The notes beneath the pieces were generated by a model, which saw only the letters and a program-made list of their open reading frames with translations, was not told the DNA's origin and did not search any database. 42,080 nucleotides of DNA from Histomonas meleagridis 2922-C6/04-290x. Its lineage: Eukaryota; Protista; Parabasalia. Shown one piece after another: positions 22,447 through 33,212 of this stretch (position 1 is its first letter; each line of letters starts with the position of its first letter). The DNA is taken from positions 1 through 42,080 of the forward strand of contig JAANOX010000168.1 of assembly GCA_020184695.1 (NCBI GenBank), in the 5' to 3' direction. A program made the position numbers and the translations under genes.

Positions 22447-24804
22447 ATGAATTCAGACAAAAATTCGTCTGCTCTTCATGAAGTTGAGCGATTAATAAAA
22501 CAACTAGATAACAAAATTCGTAGTCAGAAAATCAGAGCATCAGAGCAATTGATCGAGAAAAAAATATATCCAAATTTAATCTCTGATCCAGGGATTTTCC
22601 TTCAAAACATAATTACTCCAATTTTAATTCATTTTAGTGATGATACAGAAAATGTTCGTGAAAATTGTGTTTTATGTATTACATCTTACTTGAAGCAACT
22701 TGGGAACACTAATTTAATTGACACTCTCACTTACGTTTTACCTCCTCTTCTAGCCAGACTAAAATCAGATGTTGAACCAGCAGAACAAATTCAATTACGT
22801 TCGATGAAATTATTATTAAATCTTATTGATCTAGTTTCACCAGCTAGTTATCCTTCTAGTTGGGATAACTTTGTAATTCCAATGGAGCCAGTTTTACGCT
22901 TTTCTTTCAAATCCAATGATGCTAAAATGAAACGCATTTCATGCCAAGTTCTTGATTCTGTTATTAAAAAATCATCATCACAATCAATACAACCACTTGG
23001 TGGTCTTCTTATGAAAGTAATTCTTCCTAATTGTGTTCATAGACATAATGAAGTTCGAAAATGTTCATTACGTACATTAGCAAAACTTTTAATTGCATCT
23101 GGTTATTATGAAGATATAGATAAAGTTTTTGAAGTGCTTCAAAAGTTAATTGAAGATCATAATGATTCAGTTCGTAAAGAAATTATTCATTTTTGTCGTA
23201 AGATACTTGTTAAGCATCCAATGCGTCATGTTATGTATCATCCGCTTATGATTCCACTTTTTTACTACGTTACACCTATCGTTCCTAAACGTCCTATTTT
23301 TATTGATACGCCGATCAAAAATGATGAATCAACAGAAGAAGCAACATTAGCTTTTGATGCTCTTGTAGCAATTGGCAAACAACATGAAGAAGATAAAGAA
23401 GATGACATGAAGATAGAACTTCAATATTTTGAAAATGAAAAATTTGATGAAACTGGAAGAGAAATACCACGAGGATTAGTACACATTATACAAGATTTGT
23501 TTCCTAAATGGATGAATTATTTGGTACCAATGATATCTGATTGGACCGAAACTAAACGAATGTTTAGTTATTTATCAATGCGTTCCATTCTTCATATCTC
23601 GTTTGGGTATTCAACTCGATATGTTCCACAAATTATACGATCGACTTCCATCTCATTACGCGATTTTAAAAATGAGTATGAATTATCACTTCAACTTATA
23701 GCCATACTTTCATCCAATGTACCTGCGTCAGATATTATTTCCATATTAGTTCCACAATTAACAAATGATGGACCAAAACAAATCTTAATGATATTGACCA
23801 CCACAATAATTAATAGTAAACCGACTTACGATGATTTAATAACAATATTAAACACATTAAAGACGGCTGGAACTTATCAAGCCATAGAATCCATTGATTA
23901 TTTGACACAATTAATTATTTCAATGATTCGAAAAAGTGAAAATTTTGTTGATAACAATTCCGTTTCACTTTTATACATCATATTTAAGATATGTGAAAAT
24001 TCGGATGCGATGAAATACTTTATGAATTCATTTTCGAGGCCAATTTCCGAAATAATTTCGAATAATTTCACTGAATTACTTAAAACAATTGAACTAACGC
24101 CATCGTATGTATACATATTATTAGATAACACGCCAACTGATGCGATTTTAGGTAGCATTAAAGAAGTTGAACATATTCTTTTGAAAGTATATGAAAAATA
24201 TCCAAAAGAAACAACGCAAATAATACGAAAATTAGCAGATAAAAAATCGCTGAAAAACTTAAGCAAAGAATTCATTTCATTAACGACGAATAATGAATCG
24301 ATTGAAATGATTAAATCTCTTTTAGAAAATGAATGTTATAATGAAGAATCATTTAACACAGAAAAAGAATTATTTTTCAACACAATAAATAACTCATTAA
24401 ATTTGAAAAATAATGATCAAAGATATTCCGCTTTAATATCATTAAATATATATTTAGATAAAATCAAATTAAATGATATTAACCAAATGAATATTACATA
24501 TGATAATTTGCTCGAAAAATTAAAAGATCATATAACAAAAATTAGAGTGTTAGCAATTAATATGTTATCAAAGTTTTGTTTAATGTATAAGGAATTTGAT
24601 GGAATAGATAAAAAATTTAACGAAATTTGTATAACAATTGATGACGAAGATATCGAAATTAGAAATGCCGTTGCTTCGTTGTTGGAGGAACTTTGTAAAA
24701 ATGATAAATGGAAAGAGAAAATTGTGGCGGTCTTAAAGGAACAACAGAATTATCACCATGAGGCTGAAGTAGAATGTCAAAAACTTCTTAAATTATTACA
24801 ATAA
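22447..24804 (+). CDS. HEAT-repeat protein, possibly DNAAF5/HEATR2-like
   Basis: 785-aa ORF with HEAT repeats (FSDDTENVRENC, VHRHNEVRKCSL, IEDHNDSVRKE, DDEDIEIRNAV). Head-to-head with the Med12-like gene across 88 bp. Confidence 0.7.
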   Translation: MNSDKNSSALHEVERLIKQLDNKIRSQKIRASEQLIEKKIYPNLISDPGIFLQNIITPILIHFSDDTENVRENCVLCITSYLKQLGNTNLIDTLTYVLPPLLARLKSDVEPAEQIQLRSMKLLLNLIDLVSPASYPSSWDNFVIPMEPVLRFSFKSNDAKMKRISCQVLDSVIKKSSSQSIQPLGGLLMKVILPNCVHRHNEVRKCSLRTLAKLLIASGYYEDIDKVFEVLQKLIEDHNDSVRKEIIHFCRKILVKHPMRHVMYHPLMIPLFYYVTPIVPKRPIFIDTPIKNDESTEEATLAFDALVAIGKQHEEDKEDDMKIELQYFENEKFDETGREIPRGLVHIIQDLFPKWMNYLVPMISDWTETKRMFSYLSMRSILHISFGYSTRYVPQIIRSTSISLRDFKNEYELSLQLIAILSSNVPASDIISILVPQLTNDGPKQILMILTTTIINSKPTYDDLITILNTLKTAGTYQAIESIDYLTQLIISMIRKSENFVDNNSVSLLYIIFKICENSDAMKYFMNSFSRPISEIISNNFTELLKTIELTPSYVYILLDNTPTDAILGSIKEVEHILLKVYEKYPKETTQIIRKLADKKSLKNLSKEFISLTTNNESIEMIKSLLENECYNEESFNTEKELFFNTINNSLNLKNNDQRYSALISLNIYLDKIKLNDINQMNITYDNLLEKLKDHITKIRVLAINMLSKFCLMYKEFDGIDKKFNEICITIDDEDIEIRNAVASLLEELCKNDKWKEKIVAVLKEQQNYHHEAEVECQKLLKLLQ

Positions 24805-25390
24805 ATACTTTTTGTCAAATTGTTTTTTTTTGTTGTTGTTGTTGTTGTTGAATGAAGACAAAGTATTGTTAAGTTTAAGTAAAGTTTTGGTTAATATACG
24901 AATTTTATATTTGCGCTGATGTTAGGGACCAAAAATAGTTTAATATGTATTTGATGAATAACAAAAATGGAATGTCAGTCCAATGAAAAAAATCATATCT
25001 AAACGAGAAAATTATTATCGTTGAGTGTTGAATTTTTTTGGTAAATTTGAAGTGATGGAACTCTATAAAAAAAATAATCAAAAGAAATCTAAAAGATAAT
25101 AGTAGTAAACAACATTTTTATTTTGCTTTTTAATGTCACTCTAGCCAACGATTAAATTGAAGTTCATCCATTTTTTTTTCACCAAAAAGGAAATTATATG
25201 TCACTTTTGATAAGATTACTGCGTTCGCGCACGTTTATTTACTGCTAACAACCGATAGAGAATTTAAAGCAGTAAACCGTATTGTTCTGAAAATCGACGA
25301 TCGTTAATAGAATTTTCTATCGGTCGTCCACAGATTTTTGAAAGTAACAGTGCCAAAGTTCACATCACTAAAGAACTCACAACTTCATAT

Positions 25391-25924
25391 ATGTTCTTTG
25401 AAGGGGTTGATTTTACTAATTTCTGGAATGACTGTGAATATGCTTTAAATTCCCTTGTCTGCGATCCGCCTTCTGATGAATTGATTGAAAGCATTGAAAA
25501 GGAGCTTGGTTATAAGTTACCCGCTTCATACATCTGGCTAATGAAACAACATAATGGTGGTATCCCTGTCAATACTTGCTTTCCGACCAAAACACCGACA
25601 ACATGGGCAAAAGATCATGTTGCAATCAGTGATATCATGGCCATTAGTCGTGAAAAATCGTTCTCTATTTGTGGGAAATTAGGTTCTCAGTTTATGATTG
25701 ATGAATGGAAGTATCCTCCGATTGGCGTTGCAGTTTGTAATTGCCCATCTGCTGGACATGACATGATTTTCCTCGATTACCGTGAGTGCGGTCCACAAGG
25801 AGAACCTAAAGTTGTTCATATCGATCAGGAAGTAGGCTATATAATTACACCATTGGCAGATTCATTTGAAGATTTTGTTCGTGGACTTGTAAATGAAAGT
25901 AATTACCAATACGATTCTGAGTAA
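25391..25924 (+). CDS. SMI1/KNR4 (SUKH) family protein, bacterial-like
   Basis: DELIESIEKELGYKLPASYIWLMKQHNGG...CPSAGHDMIFLDYRECGPQGEPKVVHIDQE...LADSFEDFVRGL is a typical bacterial SMI1/KNR4 sequence. Confidence 0.9.
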   Translation: MFFEGVDFTNFWNDCEYALNSLVCDPPSDELIESIEKELGYKLPASYIWLMKQHNGGIPVNTCFPTKTPTTWAKDHVAISDIMAISREKSFSICGKLGSQFMIDEWKYPPIGVAVCNCPSAGHDMIFLDYRECGPQGEPKVVHIDQEVGYIITPLADSFEDFVRGLVNESNYQYDSE

Positions 25925-26913
25925 GTAAAAATGATTCAATTAGCCAAAATGAAAAATACACATTTTCTGATTATGATTGTTAATCTGAGCTTTAAGTTAA
26001 GATCTCGTGACTCAAGCTAAAGGAGAAAAGATTTTTTTTTAAGTAGTGATGAAGAATAAATTTTGCATATGATTGGTGAAGGAGTGTAATAAACAGCATC
26101 TTCAACTTAAAATCAAGTCAGATTAGCAACACACAATTTTATTGCCAATAGAAAACATAAAGAACGCCTTGAAAAATCTTCGGAGGGAAGGGGCCCATAT
26201 CTATGATTTTATCCTCACTTATTCAAGCTTTCATTTATTTCAATTTGTGTGTATTTAGCCTAAAAATTTCTGTTAAAAAGTTCAAAGTGATTTGCTATCA
26301 ACTTTTAACTGTTTAGTCAAAAAGTAAAGTTATTTCAGGCCATTTTTTGATTGAATATTCGCGAACCTCCCCCACAAAATCCAGCGGGGTGAAATCGCTT
26401 TTGTGTCAAATTGTATACTTTATTCTTTATTCAAAAATTCAGAGAAGTGGCAGGGTGCCGGACCAATTTTCGTTTTGGGTTTTAATGTTGGGTTATTTCT
26501 TGATGACAGCAATTCAAATAAAAGCAAAAAATGACCAAGATAATAGAAGAATTAAACTCTTGAAATATTGCTCTTATAAGGAAAAAAGTATCAAATTTGG
26601 TTTGAGTAAAAACAATATTTACATTTACAAAATAGCAAATAACTTTACTATAAATCGTTGTGGCGCCCAATCGATTTACGCAAATATACAGAAAATCATT
26701 TTGGATGAAGCAAATAAAGTTTTAATGTGTTTCCTTAAGATTATCAAATGTTTACCTTCTTTCTTTGAGTATTTGTTTATTCTTATTAATTCTTTACAAA
26801 TAAATTTATATTTTTATTGTTCAGTTAATTTATTATTAATCTTCATAATTTTTATTAAAACAAATTTTTCTTTCATAAAATATAACTTAATTCATAGTAA
26901 AATAAAAGAAAAA

Positions 26914-28884
26914 ATAAAGAATAGGTTTATTTTAATAATTTTTGTTTTTTTTTTATCACATTCATTGCAAACATTTAATGGAGAAACATTAACCATATCA
27001 TCTTCTTCTGAATTTACGAATACATATCAAAATAAAACAAAGCATGTAGTTATTACAAGTGGAATAACTGAAATTCCGAAGGATGCTTTCTATGAATGGG
27101 AATTTTTAATAACTGCTGTAATTGCTGACTCAGTTACGTCAATTGGACCAAATGCTTTTCAGTTTTGCTCTAATTTAGAAAAAGTTTCATTTGGAAAAGG
27201 TATAACAACCATTGAAGGAAGAGCTTTTTTTAACTGTACTGCATTAAAAAATGCAACATTTAGATGTCCACTTACTACAATTAGGCAATATGTATTTGCT
27301 TGGTGTACTGAACTTGAGGTTGTATTTTTTGATGAAGGTGTAAAAACAATTGGTGTGAATATGTTTTATAATTGTATTAATCTTAAAGATGTTACAATTT
27401 CAAGTACAGTATCTACGATATCTACAAATCCATTTCTTCAATGTAGTAGCCTCCAATTCATAAAAATATCCAAAGAAAACCCATATTATTCTGATTATGA
27501 AAATGATGGCGTTTTATATAATAAATCAATTACAAGCATTGTTTGCTATCCAAATGGAAATACCGGGGAGACATTCAAAATTCCTGATTCAGTAACTTTA
27601 ATTGAATCTAGTGCATTTAGCTCATGTGGTAATTTATTATCAATTTCATTTGGTTCAAGTATCAATACAATCAAAGCTTCTGCATTCCTTGAATGCGTAT
27701 TCATAAAAGTTATAATTCCTAACAGTGTAAATGATATTCAAAGAAATGCTTTTAGCAAATGTATACAATTGGAAACATTAATCATTGGGAAAAATGTGAA
27801 AAATATTGAAACTGATGCATTTTCTTATTGTTCTTCACTTAAATGTATTTATTTTTGCGGTGAAATTTCTCCAAATATTGACGGGAAATGTTTTATTAGT
27901 GTTATTGCAACGCATGTTATGGTGTATGATACATATCAAGATCAAACATTTGGAGAATTAAGTGTAACCAGTCAAACAATTAATGATTGTTTGCCAATAC
28001 CAACATTAATATTCACACAATCAAATACTTTTACTAAGTCTAATATATTTACTAAATCTGATATATTCACACAATCAAATACTTTTACTAAGTCTAATAC
28101 ATTTACTAAATCTGATATATTTACTAAATCAAATACATTTTCTCAATCAAGAACATTTACAAAATCTAACACATTTTCACAATCAGATACATTTTCTAAA
28201 TCAAACACATACAGCAACACGTTCACAAATACATATACTAAATCAAATACTTTTACACAAAGTAATTCATTTTCTAAATCAAATTCATTTTCTATATCAA
28301 ATTCATTTTCTATATCAAATTCATTTTCTAAATCAAATACATTTTCAAAGTCAAACACTTATATTAAATCGAATACATTAACTGAATCATTTTCATCTGA
28401 TGTCACTTTCTCACATTCTTTTGTTTTATCATATATTTTATCATATTCTAAATCATTAAGTATTTATAGTTCTTATTTAAATTCATTTATTATTACTAAA
28501 ATAAATTCATCTTTAAAATATATTCAAACATTCATTGTATATTATGATTATACAGTTATTATTTATTCTAAATATTTCACATATTATTCCAATTTTTATG
28601 TTATTTATGAAAACAAAGAAACAAATAATAATAATGAAGATAAGACATATATTTATATTATTATTGGAGTTTTAATTGGAGTCATTGTTATTGTTTCGAT
28701 ACTTGTTATTATAATAATTCGTATTCGAAATCACAAAGGAAAAAGTTATGAAGAATCAAACGAAAGTAGTGAAATAGAAATAGAAACAAATAACATTTCA
28801 ACTGAATATCTACAAAATAATATTAATGAAGAAGATCCATTTGCGAAAGATTTTAAAGAAGATAATTTTAATGTTCACATTTAA
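26914..28884 (+). CDS. BspA-like (TpLRR) type I membrane surface protein; start uncertain (frame is open from 26347)
   Basis: Signal-peptide-like KNRFILIIFVFFLSHS, LRR_5 repeats, a T/S-rich hexapeptide stalk, TM IYIIIGVLIGVIVIVSILVIIII and an acidic tail EEDPFAKDFKEDNF. Confidence 0.85.
   Translation: MKNRFILIIFVFFLSHSLQTFNGETLTISSSSEFTNTYQNKTKHVVITSGITEIPKDAFYEWEFLITAVIADSVTSIGPNAFQFCSNLEKVSFGKGITTIEGRAFFNCTALKNATFRCPLTTIRQYVFAWCTELEVVFFDEGVKTIGVNMFYNCINLKDVTISSTVSTISTNPFLQCSSLQFIKISKENPYYSDYENDGVLYNKSITSIVCYPNGNTGETFKIPDSVTLIESSAFSSCGNLLSISFGSSINTIKASAFLECVFIKVIIPNSVNDIQRNAFSKCIQLETLIIGKNVKNIETDAFSYCSSLKCIYFCGEISPNIDGKCFISVIATHVMVYDTYQDQTFGELSVTSQTINDCLPIPTLIFTQSNTFTKSNIFTKSDIFTQSNTFTKSNTFTKSDIFTKSNTFSQSRTFTKSNTFSQSDTFSKSNTYSNTFTNTYTKSNTFTQSNSFSKSNSFSISNSFSISNSFSKSNTFSKSNTYIKSNTLTESFSSDVTFSHSFVLSYILSYSKSLSIYSSYLNSFIITKINSSLKYIQTFIVYYDYTVIIYSKYFTYYSNFYVIYENKETNNNNEDKTYIYIIIGVLIGVIVIVSILVIIIIRIRNHKGKSYEESNESSEIEIETNNISTEYLQNNINEEDPFAKDFKEDNFNVHI
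28010..28380 (+). repeat. 18-nt coding tandem repeat encoding (T/S)F(T/S)KSN hexapeptides
   Basis: FTQSNTFTKSNIFTKSDIFTQSN... repeated about 20 times within the BspA ORF. Confidence 0.85.
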
Positions 28885-29187
28885 TGTGAATTCTTGTTAA
28901 TTGTGATTTTTAGCAACATTTTTATGTTTGATTTCATTAATAAAAATCACTTTTTATAAAAAAATTTTGAGAACAATTAGATGAATCCTTAATCTAACCA
29001 CTTTAAGATGAGCTCATTCTGGAATAAAGAATTTATCATTATAAAAAAAATATAAATGCAAATATTCAATTTCCTCAAATATTTTAAATATCGATTGAAT
29101 TAACCGTAAACGATCGGAATGTGAAATTGTCATTTTTATAACGCTCAATCCCTTCTCAAAATTGAAAGAAAATCCAACCACTTATAG

Positions 29188-29451
29188 ATGACACAACTCA
29201 ACGTCGCATCACCAGAAGCAAAACAAGCAGTCGATAAATCCATCGAGTGGATGAACATGATGGTCAACCAAATCACACCATTTGTTTTGAAGAAAATTGA
29301 ATCTTGCGAAAGATTAGGAAATGGACATATTAAATCAAAAGTTATTCTTGTTACTGACTGCTTCCAAGGCAAAGATTTCGAATTTGAACTTGTTCTTGAT
29401 CCATCAGTTAACACACCAGAAGGTCTCCTCGTTCATAACCAATTGAACTAA
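29188..29451 (+). CDS. Small hypothetical protein, possibly cystatin-like fold
   Basis: 87-aa ATG-TAA ORF with normal codon usage. The helix-then-strands pattern (SPEAKQAVDKSIEWMN..FVLKKIESCE) loosely recalls cystatins, but there is no QxVxG motif. Confidence 0.55.
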   Translation: MTQLNVASPEAKQAVDKSIEWMNMMVNQITPFVLKKIESCERLGNGHIKSKVILVTDCFQGKDFEFELVLDPSVNTPEGLLVHNQLN

Positions 29452-29691
29452 ATAACTTTTAAACTACTTTTATTGGTTTTATATCTTTCGTCACTGAGAA
29501 AAGTTGATACTTTTAAATTTAAGCATCAAACATATTAAATAAATTAATTTCAATGTTTTTAACATTATGATTTTTATTGGGCTTATTGAAAGTTTATTGC
29601 AATTTGCACTGTGAGTTACTAATAAAACCAATTAATTGGTATAAACAAGTTTCTGAACACCCTCATTTCTTTTTTACATCACAAGTCATGT

Positions 29692-31968
29692 ATGAAAATT
29701 GAGGAATTTTTAGCTGCCCTTGAACAAGCACAATCATCAGAATCAGCTGGTACATTTGAAGTATGGGCAACGTTGAAGGAATTTATAGATTCAAATCTAA
29801 CAACGTTTTATGAATATTATTGTGTCTTAATATCCTCGACAAATGTTAATTTACATATCAAAAAGCTATTGCTAATTTTGTTTCACCAAATGTTTCTTGA
29901 TGGCGCAGAAAAACCAATACCACAAGAACATTTTGAAAAAATTTTTGCCATTACAATTTCGTTATTTCCTATTCCAGACATTACAACTGTATCTTTAGCA
30001 GCACAGCTATGTTCAGATTTGTTAAAATTAGAGTTATATGATGATTCAAGTTCATCAATCATTTGCACATTATCAAATTCTTTAACTTCTGTCGAATCAC
30101 AGTACGAAGTTTTTGGATTTTCATTACTTTTACTTGATTTATCATCAACATATATACTTACACCAGAGGAAAGTACTTCAATTCTCTTTTCAATTCTTAA
30201 ATGTTTAGCGAGTGAATCAATTGATAACTCAATTAAGCTTCAATGTCTACAAATATTTAAAATCATTATTGAAGATCTCGAAGAAAACACACCTATTTCT
30301 GAAATTGTTTCTCTTCTATTAACAATTTCCAAAGATTCAATAATTTTGAATGAAGTTTACTTGTGCCTATCAGAAATCATTATCAATTTCCCAAATTTTT
30401 CTGAAATGATATTCAATTTCGTGTTCCAGAACGTTATTGAAAATCTTAATTCAATTTCTGGTTTAATTGAATCAATTTGTCGGTTTCTCGAATCGTTTTT
30501 TATATATTCTCAGAGTTTGCCAAGCGATGAAATTATTTCATTATTATTTAATCACCTAATGATAATTATGGAAAAATTATATAAAAATGAATGCGATATT
30601 AAAACATATGAAATTGATGATACAATTTATTCATGTGTTAAAACAATTTCGAAAAGAACAAAAAACATTCCACTTTTATTAAGTATTTTTGAAGCTAATA
30701 TTACATCTACATTTTGTGTAAAACAATATATTTCATTAGTTTCATTAATCTGTGCTTTTAAATGTGGTTTAAATGAGTTTCCAAGCGAATACATGAATTT
30801 AATAACAATACTATTAGAAAATGAAGTTCCAAGAATAAGGTTTTATGCATTTAAATGTTTTAAAAATATGTTAAATTTAATTAATCCCGATTTGATATTT
30901 GGTATAATTGAAAAACATATTAATGATATTGAACCTGTTCAATATCAACTTCTTCGAATTTTATATTTTTTGAGTTATAATATGAAATTTATTAATCAAA
31001 TTTTTGATATTTATTTATTTTATTTAAAAAGCATGAATCCTTATATCACTATTTCAGCAAGTAATTTTATACGTAAGATTATAAGGAAATTAAATGTAGA
31101 GTCATCTGAGCTTTTGTTGCAAAAAGTTTTAATTATGTATAGTCAATGCTTAAATACGCAGCAATTTTTGAATACTTTACCATCGCTTTTGACTTACATT
31201 CAATCAATCGCTTTGAAACTACAGAAAAATTTCATAAAATATTCAAAAGATTCTATCGGTCTGATTTTGACTACTTTACAGCTGGGAGATGAATTCGTTT
31301 TTGATGCAGCTATAACATTATCTGCAATTGGTTATACAATTGAAAATGAGTTTATAGGTTTTCTTCCTAATTTATGTCAAACAATGCTTCAAGCATTCCA
31401 ACGAAATTATTTGGATGAATCATCAATTGATGCAATTTCAACATCTCTTTTTTTCATAATCCAAAAATTTGATATCTCTGAAATAATACCATATTTTATA
31501 CAAATATTTATTCAAAGTTTTTTAGAGACTAAAAACTTGGAAATAATTTCAGCAATTTCAGATATTTCCGAAAAATATCCGCAAATAGTTCTAAACTTTA
31601 ATCAACAAATCATAGAAATAATTTCATTATCAATAGAATATATTGATAGAATGAATGAAAAGATACAAAATGACTTAAACTCTCTATTAAAAATGTATAT
31701 AAATATTTCGGAACAAAATAATTTAATTCTTCAAATCGCTTTTAAAGTTATTGAAGCTGAATTCGATTCTGAAATTGGTATACAATTGTTTTCTTCTCTT
31801 TCTTTGTTAGTCACCATAGCTTATAAAGCACCAGAAATATTATTCGAATATGTAAAAGAAAATAATTGGATTTTTGAACTCATTGAAAATGGTATTAAAG
31901 ATGAAGAATCACATCGATATGCACTTGCATTAGCAAAAATTTTTGGTATAAACCAATCAAATCAATAA
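29692..31968 (+). CDS. ARM/HEAT-repeat protein, importin-beta-like
   Basis: 758-aa helical ORF with LLENEVPRIRFYAFKC and IEKHIND-type HEAT motifs. The N-terminus resembles an IBN_N domain. Confidence 0.65.
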   Translation: MKIEEFLAALEQAQSSESAGTFEVWATLKEFIDSNLTTFYEYYCVLISSTNVNLHIKKLLLILFHQMFLDGAEKPIPQEHFEKIFAITISLFPIPDITTVSLAAQLCSDLLKLELYDDSSSSIICTLSNSLTSVESQYEVFGFSLLLLDLSSTYILTPEESTSILFSILKCLASESIDNSIKLQCLQIFKIIIEDLEENTPISEIVSLLLTISKDSIILNEVYLCLSEIIINFPNFSEMIFNFVFQNVIENLNSISGLIESICRFLESFFIYSQSLPSDEIISLLFNHLMIIMEKLYKNECDIKTYEIDDTIYSCVKTISKRTKNIPLLLSIFEANITSTFCVKQYISLVSLICAFKCGLNEFPSEYMNLITILLENEVPRIRFYAFKCFKNMLNLINPDLIFGIIEKHINDIEPVQYQLLRILYFLSYNMKFINQIFDIYLFYLKSMNPYITISASNFIRKIIRKLNVESSELLLQKVLIMYSQCLNTQQFLNTLPSLLTYIQSIALKLQKNFIKYSKDSIGLILTTLQLGDEFVFDAAITLSAIGYTIENEFIGFLPNLCQTMLQAFQRNYLDESSIDAISTSLFFIIQKFDISEIIPYFIQIFIQSFLETKNLEIISAISDISEKYPQIVLNFNQQIIEIISLSIEYIDRMNEKIQNDLNSLLKMYINISEQNNLILQIAFKVIEAEFDSEIGIQLFSSLSLLVTIAYKAPEILFEYVKENNWIFELIENGIKDEESHRYALALAKIFGINQSNQ

Positions 31969-32474
31969 CGGTTTCCGTGTGAACGTTTATTGAAGAACGT
32001 TATATTTTATGTGTCACTTTTTAAATGGCGGTACTTGCAGATGATTGATTGATGATTCAAGAATTTGTTATACTTTTTAACTTTCAATATTGTTTTAAAA
32101 TCAAGTAGAACTATATATATAATTATTGTGATAATATTCTCCTTAATCAAGGAGAATTAATTGACGATGTATCTTTGCTACGTAATTCTATTAAAACCGA
32201 TCGAAAAGTGCCGCTAGTTTTTTTACAACAGTTCCATTTTAAAGAATATGTTATCATTTTTATCAAAAACTAGAAACCTTCGTTGGTGTTTAAAAGTAAA
32301 AAATATAGCAAGCACATTTTGATAAAAAAAAAAATAGATGTATTACAAATGAGAGAATTGTGATTTATGCAAATCCAATTTGAAATATTTGGATTTAGAT
32401 TTTTTTTAGTTTTTTCTTCTTTTAAAATATCTTCTTCTTCGATTTTTTTAAAATTCATATATATATCCATTTAC

Positions 32475-33212
32475 TTATTTCATCACTAAGTCGCTGTCTG
32501 AGCTTTCATCATCATCATCTGAGAACTGATCTAAAAGCTGTTTCTTTTCTAGTTCTTCTTTACTTGGTAATTGCTTCTCAAGTTCTCTCATCTTTTTATA
32601 TTGAAAGTTCACTTGTCGTGTATGCAAATCGACAATAGCTTCGCGAACTTCTTTTTCGTCTGTATAAACTTTTTCCATTTCTTCTTGCGGAGCGTTTTGA
32701 TCCAACAAATGTCTTTTTGCTTGTTTTACTTTACTAAGTTTATCTGTAAGAAACATCAACTGATCTGATGCTGTTGTATCCTCATCAGGACCTGAAGAAG
32801 CATGTGAATCTATAAGATTAGAAACACGATATGAATAATTGGAATCAAAAAATTTACGATCTGTAAGCACTTCTAAAACACGTTTTATTTTAGATATGTG
32901 TTCCTGGTTCTTAGTTTCAGCTGCTTTTATCATCATCCTTTCAAATAAGGGTTTGAACATCTCAACAGTTTCAGGAGTCTCTTTTTGTAAAATTTCATTT
33001 ACTATATATATAAGACCAAGTTGGCGTGGGATATCTTCCAGGGAAGCATTGAACGCTGCTTGGAATTCTTCAATTATGATAGGATATTTGGTTCGATTCA
33101 TTCGAAAATATACACCAAGGGACGTAATTGTCTCAATTGTATTATCTATGTGCTGAAGACGTCTGGAATAAATTTCGTGCAGTTCTGCTTCGTCGTACGC
33201 AGGTTCTTCCAT
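32475..33212 (-). CDS. CID (RNA Pol II CTD-interacting) domain protein, RPRD1/Rtt103-like
   Basis: TIETITSLGVYF...QLGLIYIVNEILQ...IKRVLEVLTDRKFF matches the CID 'lY+aNd++Q' and 'r+l.+w.eR.+f' pattern, followed by a coiled coil. Confidence 0.75.
   Translation of the reverse strand: MEEPAYDEAELHEIYSRRLQHIDNTIETITSLGVYFRMNRTKYPIIIEEFQAAFNASLEDIPRQLGLIYIVNEILQKETPETVEMFKPLFERMMIKAAETKNQEHISKIKRVLEVLTDRKFFDSNYSYRVSNLIDSHASSGPDEDTTASDQLMFLTDKLSKVKQAKRHLLDQNAPQEEMEKVYTDEKEVREAIVDLHTRQVNFQYKKMRELEKQLPSKEELEKKQLLDQFSDDDDESSDSDLVMK

Noticed and set aside
26925-26961. 17-nt spacer parse in the BspA 5' region (GTTTATTTTAATAATTT TTG TTTTTTTTTTATCACAT), mirrored in the paralogue
   Set aside because: The parse places TAG immediately upstream in copy A, the next 17-mer is purine-rich, and the uninterrupted frame already gives a good signal peptide. 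Probably chance in T-rich sequence.
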